Assembly: GCA_016218045.1 (NCBI GenBank)
Contig: JACRFB010000031.1
Coordinates: 72,908 to 136,907 of the forward strand
Direction: 5' to 3'
Length of the DNA stretch: 64,000 nt
Source: Ignavibacteriota bacterium
GTDB taxonomy: Bacteria > Bacteroidota > Ignavibacteria > SZUA-365
In this document: positions 39,192-52,227 of the stretch, one piece after another
How positions within the stretch are numbered: position 1 is the first letter of the stretch
Layout of the letters: every line of letters starts with the position of its first letter
The notes under the pieces: model-generated
The model's database searches: none
The model's input: the letters and a program-made list of their open reading frames with translations, nothing else
Told to the model about the DNA's origin: nothing
Translations under genes and position numbers: made by a program

Positions 39192-40055
39192 ATGAGCGCG
39201 CTAGACGGACGCATGGAAGAGGCAATCCGGAACGCCCTGCGCGAGGACGTGGGCCTCGGCGATATCACCACGGAGTGCACGATTCCGACCGACCTGCCGG
39301 GCACCGGCATTTTTCTTTCCAAGGCGAACGGCATTCTCTCCGGGATAGACGTCGTCGAAACCGTGCTCGCCATGGTCGACGAGCGCCTGCACCTCGAAAC
39401 ACACATACGGAACGGCATGCCTCTGTTGCGTGGCATGAAGATCGCGACGGTGCGCGGACCCATCGCGTCGATGCTCACCGCCGAGCGCACCGCGCTGAAT
39501 TTTCTGCAGCGTATGTCGGGCATCGCAACCATGACGGCATCGATGGTGAAGCTTGTGGAAGGACGCGAGGTGAAGATTCTCGACACACGAAAAACCGCGC
39601 CGGGCTTACGCGCCTTCGATAAGCGCGCGGTGCGCGACGGACGCGGCACGAACCACCGCTTCGGGCTCGACGACATGGTGCTGGTCAAGGACAATCACAT
39701 AGCGGCCGCGGGCGGCATCACATCGGCGGTCGAAATGGTGCGCGGGCGGCTTCCGCGCGATAGGCGCCTGCGTGTCGAGGTCGAGACGCGCTCGCTGCAG
39801 GACGTGCTCGAGGCACTATCCTGCGAGGGTGTCGACGTCATCATGCTCGATAATTTTCCCATAGACGAACTCGCACCCGCCGTGCGTCTGATCAAAACGC
39901 GGCGACCAGGCATCGAGGTCGAGGCTTCGGGCAACGTCAACGAGGGAACGATCCGCGACATCGCGGAATCCGGCGTCGATTCCATCTCGGTCGGCGCGCT
40001 GACACACTCGGTCAAGGCGCTCGACATCTCGTTCGATATCGCCGCGGATGAGTGA
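39192..40055 (+). CDS. nadC: Nicotinate-nucleotide diphosphorylase (carboxylating)
   Basis: GDITT..., KIATVRGPIASMLTAERTALNFLQRMSGIAT, ILDTRKTAPGLR, LVKDNHI..MLDNF are the QPRTase motifs. Confidence 0.88.
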   Translation: MSALDGRMEEAIRNALREDVGLGDITTECTIPTDLPGTGIFLSKANGILSGIDVVETVLAMVDERLHLETHIRNGMPLLRGMKIATVRGPIASMLTAERTALNFLQRMSGIATMTASMVKLVEGREVKILDTRKTAPGLRAFDKRAVRDGRGTNHRFGLDDMVLVKDNHIAAAGGITSAVEMVRGRLPRDRRLRVEVETRSLQDVLEALSCEGVDVIMLDNFPIDELAPAVRLIKTRRPGIEVEASGNVNEGTIRDIAESGVDSISVGALTHSVKALDISFDIAADE

Positions 40056-40707
40056 CACCCTGCTGCACGACGCGTTCTGTCCAGCCGAGGCCGACGGGCA
40101 CCGGGGCGCGCACGACACGGTACTCGGCATCGACATGCTGCGCCGCGCAGTGACGAGCGAAACGCCGTCGAGGGTGGCGCGCGAGGATTTCCGCCGTTCA
40201 GCGGTGCTGGTTCCGTTCGTCTGTCACGACGGACGCTGGCATCTGCTCTTCACGCGGCGCACCGACGAACTCGAGCATCACCGGGGGCAGGTGTCCTTTC
40301 CCGGCGGAGCGTCGGACGGCGGGGAGACGCCGGTTGAAACAGCGCTGCGCGAGGTCCACGAAGAAATCGGGATACCCTCATCCGATATTTCCGTGTTGGG
40401 CGAGATCGACGAAATATGGACGCCGTCACGCTACGTGATCAGTCCGGTGGTCGGCATCATTCGATCACTCGAGCAGCTCGCCCCGAATCCCGCCGAGGTG
40501 TCTCGTGTCTTTACCGCGCCTCTCGCGTTTCTCGCCGACGAGGGGAACGCCGAGATACGCACCGTCCACGTAAACGAATTCACCCGCGACGTGTATTACT
40601 ATCATTACGACAACGAGACCATCTGGGGCGCCACCGCCTTCATCTTTCGGGGACTCGTGCGCAGGATACGCGCGGTGCTGGCCGAGAGCGGGTCGAGGGG
40701 CTATTAA
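40048..40707 (+). CDS. NUDIX hydrolase (CoA pyrophosphatase-like)
   Basis: SAVLVPF.. followed by the Nudix box GQVSFPGGASDGGETPVETALREVHEEIGI. Confidence 0.75.
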   Translation: MSDTLLHDAFCPAEADGHRGAHDTVLGIDMLRRAVTSETPSRVAREDFRRSAVLVPFVCHDGRWHLLFTRRTDELEHHRGQVSFPGGASDGGETPVETALREVHEEIGIPSSDISVLGEIDEIWTPSRYVISPVVGIIRSLEQLAPNPAEVSRVFTAPLAFLADEGNAEIRTVHVNEFTRDVYYYHYDNETIWGATAFIFRGLVRRIRAVLAESGSRGY

Positions 40708-40710
40708 TGC

Positions 40711-40735
40711 AAGACGGGCACGATGTGCCCGTCTT
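40711..40735 (+). terminator. Hairpin terminator candidate directly after NUDIX stop (weak U-tract)
   Basis: aagacgggca-cgatg-tgcccgtctt is a perfect 10-bp stem, followed by attcg. Confidence 0.5.
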
Positions 40736-40850
40736 ATTCGAGGCGTTCTTCCCGCGGAAGTGCTGAGGAGGTCTTCGATGACACGCATGCGCAAAGAAAC
40801 GCGCTCTTCACACAAAATCCCGGTATGCCCGCCGCTCCGTGCGGGGGAAT

Positions 40851-41306
40851 TTACTCGAGACTTGCAGTGGCTTCGCCCATTGCTGCGTCGCGCTGCTCCC
40901 ACGAGCGCGCGAGATTTCCGCAGTGGCGGGCGACGCGCTCGTTCGAGTCATAGAGGGCGCGGCGTGACACGGCGAAGTGTGCAAGCTCGCTGTCGAAATC
41001 GTACAGCGTGCGTGCCGCCAGGATGCGCATTTCCGCACATTCGTCACTTTTCAGTATGCCGATCAGCGGAATGAGCGCGTAATCGAAGTCGAGGTCGGGG
41101 TACGTTTCCTTCAGTTCCAGTACAAGTTGCACGGTCGAGCAACGGATCTCCGCGCTCGGATCCTGCAGGTTTTTCTCGATGCTGACGCGGATCGTCGCGA
41201 GTTGTTTCTCGGACAGCTGCTTCGGCGGTTCCGGTGACTCGGCGGCTGCAAAGGCAGTCGCGCAGGCAAACACAAGCGCAAGACAAATGGCAACGGCGGT
41301 TTTCAT
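40851..41306 (-). CDS. Hypothetical secreted protein
   Basis: Start re-called at MKTAVAICLALVFACATAFAAAE (signal peptide). 151 aa. No recognisable family. Confidence 0.45.
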   Translation of the reverse strand: MKTAVAICLALVFACATAFAAAESPEPPKQLSEKQLATIRVSIEKNLQDPSAEIRCSTVQLVLELKETYPDLDFDYALIPLIGILKSDECAEMRILAARTLYDFDSELAHFAVSRRALYDSNERVARHCGNLARSWEQRDAAMGEATASLE

Positions 41307-41659
41307 GATATCCTCCTCGGCAGCAAAACGTGAACTTGTTGGGTGAATCACTGCATCGTACGCGGGCCTGTTGCCCGATGTTGCGGCGGCTTTAGGTCAC
41401 AAATTCGTCCCTGTGTTTTTTGATCTGTTAACATCAATACCGGTCGTGTCTCCTGTCTTCTCATGCTCGTGTTAGGATTCAGGAGGAAGGAGACAGGAGA
41501 CAGGAGGCACGGATCTGCCAGTACGTGATATTGATTGCGCATTCGAAAATCCCTATGTTTCATATCTTATTCCGCGCTTGTGTGCCGCCCGCAGAGTGCG
41601 GCGGAGACAACGCGAAGGTGTCAAGAAATGCAGCGCGCAGGCGCGACCCGTCCCCCGCA

Positions 41660-42262
41660 ATGATCCGTGCCATAATTTTCGATCTGGGCAATGTTCTGCT
41701 CCATTTCGACCACCGCCTGATTGCCCGCCGTCTGGAACAGGGGGCGCGTCGGCCGGAAGGGAAGGAGCACGGCGATTTTATCCGGCTGACGGAGGAGTTT
41801 GAGACCGGTGCTGTTTCGCCCGAGGAGTTCCACGCGGCTGTCGTGCGTGCATGGGAACTATCAGGTGCTGTGGATCTCCCGACATTTTCCCGGTTGTGGA
41901 GCGACATCTTCTGGAAAAACGAGGAACTGGTACCTCTGCTCCCGGATCTTGCGCGAAGGCACCGGCTCGTGCTCCTGTCCAACACCAATGTGCTGCACAT
42001 CGAATATGCGCGCGCACGTTTTCCCGAAGTATTTGTCCCATTCCATTCCTGCGTTCTCTCCCATGAAGCCGGCATGCGCAAACCCGATCCGCGAATCTTT
42101 GCGGAGGCCCTGGCGCGCACGGGTGCCGCTCCTGATGAGACGCTGTATTTCGACGATATCAAGTCCTACGTCGATGCCGCCTCGCGGCTCGGCATACGGG
42201 CGCATCAATTTGTATCCACGTCCGGCCTCACGGACACTCTCCGCGCCTACGACATCTGTTAG
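41660..42262 (+). CDS. HAD-superfamily hydrolase
   Basis: Start re-called at MIRAIIFDLGNVL (DxDx(T/V) motif I), ORF codon 46. Motif III/IV YFDDIKSYVDAASRLG. 200 aa. Confidence 0.7.
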   Translation: MIRAIIFDLGNVLLHFDHRLIARRLEQGARRPEGKEHGDFIRLTEEFETGAVSPEEFHAAVVRAWELSGAVDLPTFSRLWSDIFWKNEELVPLLPDLARRHRLVLLSNTNVLHIEYARARFPEVFVPFHSCVLSHEAGMRKPDPRIFAEALARTGAAPDETLYFDDIKSYVDAASRLGIRAHQFVSTSGLTDTLRAYDIC

Positions 42263-42324
42263 GCAAAGCGGGGCCGCGGCGTTTCCCCCTCGATCTTCCA
42301 TCCTTCCCCCATCAGGAAAGTGAC

Positions 42325-42843
42325 ATGACATTCCGCATCGTTTCCCTCCTCCTCCTGCTCGCGGCCGGCGCCGCGGCGCAGGATCTGACCGGCGTGGACT
42401 TCCGTCTGCGCGACATCAACGGCGACGAGCAGTCGCTGCAGCAGGTGCTCGCCGACATGCGCGGCACCGAGGCCACGCCCCGTCAGGGCGCCCTCATCAT
42501 CAGCTTCTGGGCCATGTGGTGCGAGCCCTGCAAGCAGGAGATGAAGGCCCTCAAACCCATGTTCGAGAAATATAAGGACAAGAACGTCCGATATCTCGCC
42601 ATCAACACCGACAATCCCCGCAGTCTCGCGAAAGTGAAGGCCTACTTGTCAGCGCAGGGCTTGCCGTACACGTTCCTGCTCGATCCGAACAGTGAAGTGT
42701 TCAAGAAGCTCAACGGCCAGAGCATGCCGTACTCGTTGATTCTCGACTCGCAGGGCAAGCTCGCCGCCAAACGCGTGGGCTTTATCGCCGGCGATGAAAA
42801 AGAGATCGAGGCCGACGTCGCCAAGCTGGTGGGGCAGTTGTGA
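42325..42843 (+). CDS. TlpA/ResA-like periplasmic thiol-disulfide oxidoreductase
   Basis: Signal peptide MTFRIVSLLLLLAAGAAAQ. Thioredoxin active site WAMWCEPC. Confidence 0.8.
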   Translation: MTFRIVSLLLLLAAGAAAQDLTGVDFRLRDINGDEQSLQQVLADMRGTEATPRQGALIISFWAMWCEPCKQEMKALKPMFEKYKDKNVRYLAINTDNPRSLAKVKAYLSAQGLPYTFLLDPNSEVFKKLNGQSMPYSLILDSQGKLAAKRVGFIAGDEKEIEADVAKLVGQL

Positions 42844-44459
42844 GCGCGCGCCGCGCAGCGCTACTGGTTCTCCTTCTCGCCGCCCCCGCCTCCGCACTTG
42901 CCCAGGTGCAGTATTCCGTCGGAAACTTTCTCCGCTACGGAAACGGCACACAGATGATCTCCGGGACGGAGCAGCGCAAGGAGTATCTCGAGAACCAGAC
43001 CAATGTGCGCTTGTTCTGGAACGACTTCACTGTCGGCTTTCAATATCTGTACGACGATCCCCCCGAGTTTGGTCCGCGGTATCAGGGCATACGCAAACGC
43101 TACGTCGAGTATGCCCGTGAAGGGTTGGAACTGCGCGCGGGCGACTTCTTCACGCTCTACGGCAAGGGGCTTTCGATGAATCTGTTCGAGAACCGGGCCA
43201 TCAATTACGACACGGGTCTCGACGGACTGCGCGGGGAGTATCACAACGATTACCTCAACGCGATCATGGCTGTGGGCACGATGCGGTACTACGACCTGCT
43301 CAATTCGGCCTACGTCGAGAATTATGCCGTGAAGAGCGGTTATGTGGAAGTGACTCCCGTCCACATGCTGCGTCTGGGTGCAAGTCTCACGGGCGTGAGC
43401 GGCGAGTCGCCGCGCGGACCGGTCTGGAACGAGATCAACGCCGACATTCTCGGAGCCACGATGGCTCTGCACCTTCTCGGATTTGATCTCTCCGCGGAAT
43501 ATTCCTTCAAGCGTTCGTTCGGCATGCGCCATCAGCTTGCGGGCGACACGCGGTATGACCGCAGCGGCGACGCATGGTACGGCAGTCTCTCGTACACCCA
43601 TGAATCGGGTTTTGGCGCCACCTTCGAGTACAAGAACTACAAGTTCGATCCGGTGAATCCGCTCGAGAAAACCGATGTGAACCGTCCGACGCGTATGCTG
43701 CCCATGCAGAATCCTCCGATCGTGCACAAGGAACACGCCTTCACACTTCTGGTGCGGCGGCCGCACACCATCGATTTCAACGACGAGGTGGGCTGGCAGA
43801 TCGACGCGTTTTACGCCCTCTCCCCGACACTCACCGTCGCGCTCAACGGCGCTGTCGCCTCGCGGCAGAAAAGTTATCTGCAACTGCCCGGCGGCACATT
43901 CCGCACCATCAAAAAGACGAACGACCTCTTCCCCGCGCTCGACGCCGAGTTCTCCCCGTTTTGGGAGGCGTATGCCGAGGTCGAGTGGTATTTCGACGGA
44001 CAATCGTATCTGCGCGCCGCCTTCAACCGCCGCTATGACGCGCCGTACGAGGAAGTGACGCGTGACGCGCATGTGCAGACGAGCACGACAATTCCCGTGC
44101 GTCTCGAACTCATGCTCGACGAGGCCTACAGCGTCGGCATCAGCCTCGAACAGCAGTGGGCGCATGACAATACCTACGCACCCGATGAGCGCTCGTTCTT
44201 CAACGAGTTCGTATCGGTGACACTCTCGCGCGCTCCCACGTGGGCGGTATCGCTGCGCGGCGAATTCACCAACGACGCGAACGATCCCTCGGGCAAAAAA
44301 AGCTGGATCACCGGAGAGTTTTCGTACCGCCTCGGCAATGTCCATACCGCGACCGTGAGTTACGGCACGGAGCGCGGCGGACTCATCTGCTCGAACGGCA
44401 TCTGCCGCGTCGTGCAGCCCTTCGAAGGCGTGCGTTTCCAATTGTTGACGCAGTTGTGA
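42840..44459 (+). CDS. Hypothetical secreted protein, probable outer-membrane beta-barrel (DUF6029-like), translationally coupled to TlpA-like gene
   Basis: Signal peptide MSARRAALLVLLLAAPASALAQ. 539 aa rich in aromatic/alternating residues. 4-nt overlap with the upstream gene. The family name is a recollection and was not verified. Confidence 0.45.
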   Translation: MSARRAALLVLLLAAPASALAQVQYSVGNFLRYGNGTQMISGTEQRKEYLENQTNVRLFWNDFTVGFQYLYDDPPEFGPRYQGIRKRYVEYAREGLELRAGDFFTLYGKGLSMNLFENRAINYDTGLDGLRGEYHNDYLNAIMAVGTMRYYDLLNSAYVENYAVKSGYVEVTPVHMLRLGASLTGVSGESPRGPVWNEINADILGATMALHLLGFDLSAEYSFKRSFGMRHQLAGDTRYDRSGDAWYGSLSYTHESGFGATFEYKNYKFDPVNPLEKTDVNRPTRMLPMQNPPIVHKEHAFTLLVRRPHTIDFNDEVGWQIDAFYALSPTLTVALNGAVASRQKSYLQLPGGTFRTIKKTNDLFPALDAEFSPFWEAYAEVEWYFDGQSYLRAAFNRRYDAPYEEVTRDAHVQTSTTIPVRLELMLDEAYSVGISLEQQWAHDNTYAPDERSFFNEFVSVTLSRAPTWAVSLRGEFTNDANDPSGKKSWITGEFSYRLGNVHTATVSYGTERGGLICSNGICRVVQPFEGVRFQLLTQL

Positions 44460-46018
44460 CCAAGGAAATCATTATCAACGCCACCGACAATCAGCACAGG
44501 ATTGCGATTGTCGAAGAAGGCCGCCTCGCGGAGCTCTTTATCGAGTCCGACGAGCGCGAGCGTATGGTTGGCGACATATACCTCGGGTCCGTGGCGAAAG
44601 TCATGCCCGGCATCCGTGCCTCGTTCGTCGACATCGGTCTCGAGCAGGATGCGTTTCTCCATTTTTCCGACGTGGGTGACAACTTCCACGATTTTGGTGC
44701 GATCACCGGCGACGAAGACGGCGTCGACACCGAGGACGAGGATGAATCCGGCGACGATCGGAAATCCAGTCGCCGCCACCGCGGCATGCGCACGCCGCAG
44801 TTGCAGCGCGGGCAGGACGTGGTGGTGCAGATCTTCAAGGAGCCCGTCGGCACAAAAGGCGTGCGTGTGACGACCGAAGTGTCGTTGCCCGGACGATTCA
44901 TCGTGCTGATGCCCTTCGACGACACCGTCGGCGTCTCGCGAAAAATTCAGAACTTCCGCGAGAAGCGCCGGCTCCGCAAACTCGCGCGTTCGATACTGCC
45001 CCCGGGCTTCGGGGTGATTATCCGCACCGTCGCGGAGGGGCAGAACGAGGACGTATTGCGGGCCGATCTGCAGTCGCTCATTCAGACCTGGCGCCAGGTC
45101 GAGCGGACGATACGGAAATCGAAGGCACCCGCCCTGATACACAAGGACATGAACGCCTCGTCGAGCGCGATCCGCGATCTGTTCTCGTCGGACGTGGCGC
45201 GTGTAGCGACAGACTCGCGCAAGCTGTATCGCGAAATCCGCGCCTATGTGAACCTTGTATCTCCGGCGAAAGTCGACGCCGTCGAACTGTACCGGGGCAA
45301 GGAGCCGATTTTCGACAGCTTCGGTCTCGAAAAACAGATCGCGCAATCGATGCACCGCAAGGTGTGGCTGAAGAGCGGCGGGTATCTCATCTTCGACCGT
45401 GCCGAAGCCATGTCGGTGATTGACGTGAACAGCGGACGCTACGCGGCGAAAGCCGAGCAGGAACTCAATTCGTTGCGCACGAATCTCGAGGCCGTGCATG
45501 AGATCGCGCGACAGGTGCGTCTGCGCGACATCGGCGGCATCATCGTGATCGATTTTATCGACATGCTCAACGACGAGAACAACCGGCGCGTCTTCGACGA
45601 GATGCGCCGCGAGATGCGCCGCGACCGCGCGAAGTTCACCATCCTGCCGCTGTCGGAGTTCGGCATCATGCAGATCACGCGGCAGCGTGTGCGCGAAAGT
45701 GTGCAGGTGTCGGTCAGTGAAACGTGTCCGACCTGCCAGGGCACCGGGCGTGTGCAGTCGAAGACCTCGATGCTGACCGAGATTGAGCGGTGGCTGAAAC
45801 GTTTCAGGGTCGATTCGCGCGAACTGCGGCTGACGCTCATCGTTCATCCCACCATGGCGGCGTATCTCACCGAAGGCACGCTCTCGGTGTTGAACCGTCT
45901 GATGCTGCGCCATTTCCTGCGCATCACCATCACGCCCGACGCGACGCTCCCCATCGACGAGTTCCGTTTTCTCTCGCGGAAACGCAACGCCGACATCACC
46001 TCGCAGTACCGCACATAA
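44456..46018 (+). CDS. rng: Ribonuclease G/E-family endoribonuclease
   Basis: GTG start re-called at VTKEIIINAT (ORF codon 73). S1 domain (GDIYLGSVAKVMPGIRASFVDIG). Catalytic RNase E/G region (..DVNSGRY..IGGIIVIDFIDM..). 520 aa. Confidence 0.8.
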   Translation: MTKEIIINATDNQHRIAIVEEGRLAELFIESDERERMVGDIYLGSVAKVMPGIRASFVDIGLEQDAFLHFSDVGDNFHDFGAITGDEDGVDTEDEDESGDDRKSSRRHRGMRTPQLQRGQDVVVQIFKEPVGTKGVRVTTEVSLPGRFIVLMPFDDTVGVSRKIQNFREKRRLRKLARSILPPGFGVIIRTVAEGQNEDVLRADLQSLIQTWRQVERTIRKSKAPALIHKDMNASSSAIRDLFSSDVARVATDSRKLYREIRAYVNLVSPAKVDAVELYRGKEPIFDSFGLEKQIAQSMHRKVWLKSGGYLIFDRAEAMSVIDVNSGRYAAKAEQELNSLRTNLEAVHEIARQVRLRDIGGIIVIDFIDMLNDENNRRVFDEMRREMRRDRAKFTILPLSEFGIMQITRQRVRESVQVSVSETCPTCQGTGRVQSKTSMLTEIERWLKRFRVDSRELRLTLIVHPTMAAYLTEGTLSVLNRLMLRHFLRITITPDATLPIDEFRFLSRKRNADITSQYRT

Positions 46019-46043
46019 CTCCGTCCCGAGACGGAGCCGGGGT

Positions 46044-46078
46044 CCGCGCGCGGCATTGAACCGCGCGCGGATTTTCGG
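46044..46078 (+). terminator. Rho-independent terminator candidate after rng
   Basis: tccgcgcgcgg-cattgaa-ccgcgcgcgga followed by ttttcgg. Confidence 0.6.
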
Positions 46079-46189
46079 TATATTTCAACGATACATCGGA
46101 ATGCCCTTTTGCCCCTCTCCCGCGCAGCGGAAAGGGGGAAACGAGCGCCGCCGCTCGGCGGTTTATCGCGACCACATCCGGAGGAGCCC

Positions 46190-47317
46190 ATGAAATTCTC
46201 GGTAATCAGCAATGACCTCAGCAAGGCGCTGGCCAAGATCATCAGCGTCGTGCCCGCGAAGTCGACCCTCCCCATATTGGAGAACGTGCTGTTCGAACTC
46301 ACGGGCAACGACCTGCGGCTGACGGCGAGCGATCTCGAGATCACGATGCGCGTGACCCTGCCCGTGAACGGCATGAAGGACGGCGTGCTTGCGATTCCCG
46401 CGAAAAAGCTCAACGAGGCGTTGCGCGCGCTGACGTCGGTGGACGTGACCGTGCAGGCCGACCTCTCGACGAACCGCGTCCTGCTGAAAACCGAACAGGG
46501 CGAATACCGGATGGCCGGCGAGTCCGCCGCCAACTTCCCCGAGCCCGAGAGCGTGGCCGAGGATTTCGGCTTCGAACTCGACGCGTCGCTGCTGCGCGCG
46601 ATCATCGGCAAGACGGCGTTTGCCGTCAGCACCGACGACCTGCGTCCCTCGATGATGGGTGTGTTGTTCCAGTGGAAGAACGGCGAGTTCCGCGCCGTGG
46701 CCACCGACGGACACCGCCTTGTGCGCATCAAACACACCGGCGCACTCGCGGCGGTGAACACCGGCGGCGAACGCGAGCTGATCATCCCCTCGAAGGCCCT
46801 GACGCTGGTGCTGCGGTCGATAGACGCGGGCACCGTGTCGCTCGTCTTCGGCAAGACCAATGTGCGCTTCACCCTCGCCGACGTGCAGCTTGTGAGCCGC
46901 ATCATCGACGAGCGCTACCCGAATTACGAGAGTGTCATCCCTCTCGAGAACGACAAGCTTCTCGAGGTTAACCGCACGGCGATGATCGCGGCCGTGCACC
47001 GCTGCTCCATCTTCTCGAACGCGGTGACGAATCAGATCCGTTTCTCGATCACGAAAGACATGGTGCGCGTCTTCGCCGAGGACGTGGATTTCGGCGGCGA
47101 GGCGCGCGAGACCGTGGCCTCGACATTCAGCGCCGACGAGGATCTCGACGTCGGCTTCAACGCAAAATACATCTCCGAGGCGCTGTCCCATCTCGAAAGC
47201 GACGACGTGACCTTCCGGTTCAGCTCCGCGACGCGGGCGGGACTGCTCGCCCCGACGACGCAGCCGGAGGATCTCGACATCCTGATGCTGGTGATGCCGC
47301 TGCGCCTCAACGCGTAA
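46190..47317 (+). CDS. dnaN: DNA polymerase III subunit beta (sliding clamp)
   Basis: Start re-called at MKFSVISNDLSKAL (ORF codon 28). 375 aa with a three-domain clamp pattern. Followed by recF. Confidence 0.88.
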   Translation: MKFSVISNDLSKALAKIISVVPAKSTLPILENVLFELTGNDLRLTASDLEITMRVTLPVNGMKDGVLAIPAKKLNEALRALTSVDVTVQADLSTNRVLLKTEQGEYRMAGESAANFPEPESVAEDFGFELDASLLRAIIGKTAFAVSTDDLRPSMMGVLFQWKNGEFRAVATDGHRLVRIKHTGALAAVNTGGERELIIPSKALTLVLRSIDAGTVSLVFGKTNVRFTLADVQLVSRIIDERYPNYESVIPLENDKLLEVNRTAMIAAVHRCSIFSNAVTNQIRFSITKDMVRVFAEDVDFGGEARETVASTFSADEDLDVGFNAKYISEALSHLESDDVTFRFSSATRAGLLAPTTQPEDLDILMLVMPLRLNA

Positions 47318-47319
47318 TC

Positions 47320-48447
47320 ATGATCCTGACTCATCTCCGCATCCAGAACATCCGGAACCACTGGCAGAGCGAACTGGAATGTCCCCCGGGCATCATTCTG
47401 CTGTGGGGTGAAAATGGCGCGGGAAAAACGACAGTGCTCGAGGCGGTGTCGCTGCTCTGCACGACGCGGAGTTTTGTGACCACGGCCGACCGCACGCTGC
47501 TTCGGCGCGGCGAGGAGTCGATGCGCGCGGACGGTGTATTCCACAGCGATTCCGGCGTGCGCCACACCGTGGGCGTGCAGGTGGCGATGCGCAAGAAAAT
47601 CGAGCTCGACAACGCACCGCTCGAAGCCGCGGCTGATCTCATCGGACGATTCCCCGTCGTGACTCTTTCGCCGCAGCACCGGGCGATCACCGCAGGCGGC
47701 CCCGCCGAACGGCGGTCGTTTATGGACTTTGTCGTCTCGCAGGTAAGCCGCCAATACCTGCTGGATCTCATCGAGTACCGGCGCATACTTCGTCATCGAA
47801 ACGCGCTGCTCTCCGACCACGGACATCGCGTACACGCGCTTCGCGCGCAGCTCGAGGCATGGGATACGACGCTCTCGGAGTGCGCGGTGCGCATCACACG
47901 ACGGCGCAGGGCGTTTGTTGTCGAATACGACCCCTATTTCCGGCGCGCGATGTCGGACGTGGTCGAAGACCGCGAACTGCCCGCCTTCCGGTATGTGCAG
48001 AGCGCCGTTGTGGACATGGACGCGGGCGACGCGGCCGAACAATTCCGCGCGGCTCTGGGACACGCGCTCGAGCGCGACGCCCATCGCGGCGTGACGTCGG
48101 TGGGTCCGCACCGCGACGATCTCGAGATAACACTCAACGGCATGGATGTGCGCGCGCACGCCTCACAGGGCCAGCACAAGACCCTGCTCATCGCCCTCAA
48201 GGCGGGGGAGTGGTTCTTTCTGAACGATCACCTCGACGAGCGTCCGATGTTCCTGCTCGACGACGTGTTCAGCGAACTCGACGACACGCGGCTGCGCCGC
48301 ATCCTTGCGGTGATACCGCGCCTCGGGCAGACCTTCATCACCACCGCCAACCACGCGATACTCGATGCGCTGCCGGGTCTGCCCGACGAGCGCGCTCTGT
48401 ATCGTGTGAGTGACGGCGGCGTCCACGCGCACGCGGAGGCCGCATGA
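47320..48447 (+). CDS. recF: DNA replication and repair protein RecF
   Basis: MILTHLRIQNIRN..., Walker A GENGAGKTT, signature ..ASQGQHKTLLIALK, Walker B FLLDDV. Confidence 0.88.
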   Translation: MILTHLRIQNIRNHWQSELECPPGIILLWGENGAGKTTVLEAVSLLCTTRSFVTTADRTLLRRGEESMRADGVFHSDSGVRHTVGVQVAMRKKIELDNAPLEAAADLIGRFPVVTLSPQHRAITAGGPAERRSFMDFVVSQVSRQYLLDLIEYRRILRHRNALLSDHGHRVHALRAQLEAWDTTLSECAVRITRRRRAFVVEYDPYFRRAMSDVVEDRELPAFRYVQSAVVDMDAGDAAEQFRAALGHALERDAHRGVTSVGPHRDDLEITLNGMDVRAHASQGQHKTLLIALKAGEWFFLNDHLDERPMFLLDDVFSELDDTRLRRILAVIPRLGQTFITTANHAILDALPGLPDERALYRVSDGGVHAHAEAA

Positions 48448-48733
48448 GACCGCTTGGTGGCATTACGCCGTTCCATGGCGCACTCCGCGACGCCTTGAAG
48501 GAATACGGCATGGAGCGCAAGGTGCGGGAGCACGAGCTGCTTGTGCGCTGGAGCGAACTTGCCGGCGCGGCGGTGGCGAAACACGCGACACCGACACGGT
48601 TCAAGGACGGCGTGTTGCACTTGCACGTGCCCGACGCCGCGTGGAGGCAGGAACTGTCGCTGCGCCGCGACGAACTCCGGAAAAAACTGAACGAGGCCCT
48701 GCACGAGGACCTTGTCGTGGACGTTGTGGTGCG

Positions 48734-48737
<4 letters not shown>
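48444..48737 (+). CDS. DUF721-domain protein (small protein in the recF-gyrB neighbourhood)
   Basis: 97 aa. Position between recF and gyrB/mnmE, and the pattern ..LLVRWSELAG..ATPTRFKDGVLHLHVPDAAW.., are typical of DUF721. 4-nt overlaps on both sides. Confidence 0.55.
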
Positions 48738-52151
<3,414 letters not shown>

Positions 52152-52227
52152 CTCTTTTTTTCCGTCGCGTGTTGTAACGGAAAACGCGCCCTCCGCGCGG
52201 AACCCCACACCCTGAGAGCATCGCCCC

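Noticed and set aside
46019-46189. oriC upstream of dnaN
   Set aside because: No DnaA-box consensus (TTATCCACA/TGTGGATAA) is found. The region instead contains the rng terminator hairpin, and dnaA is absent.
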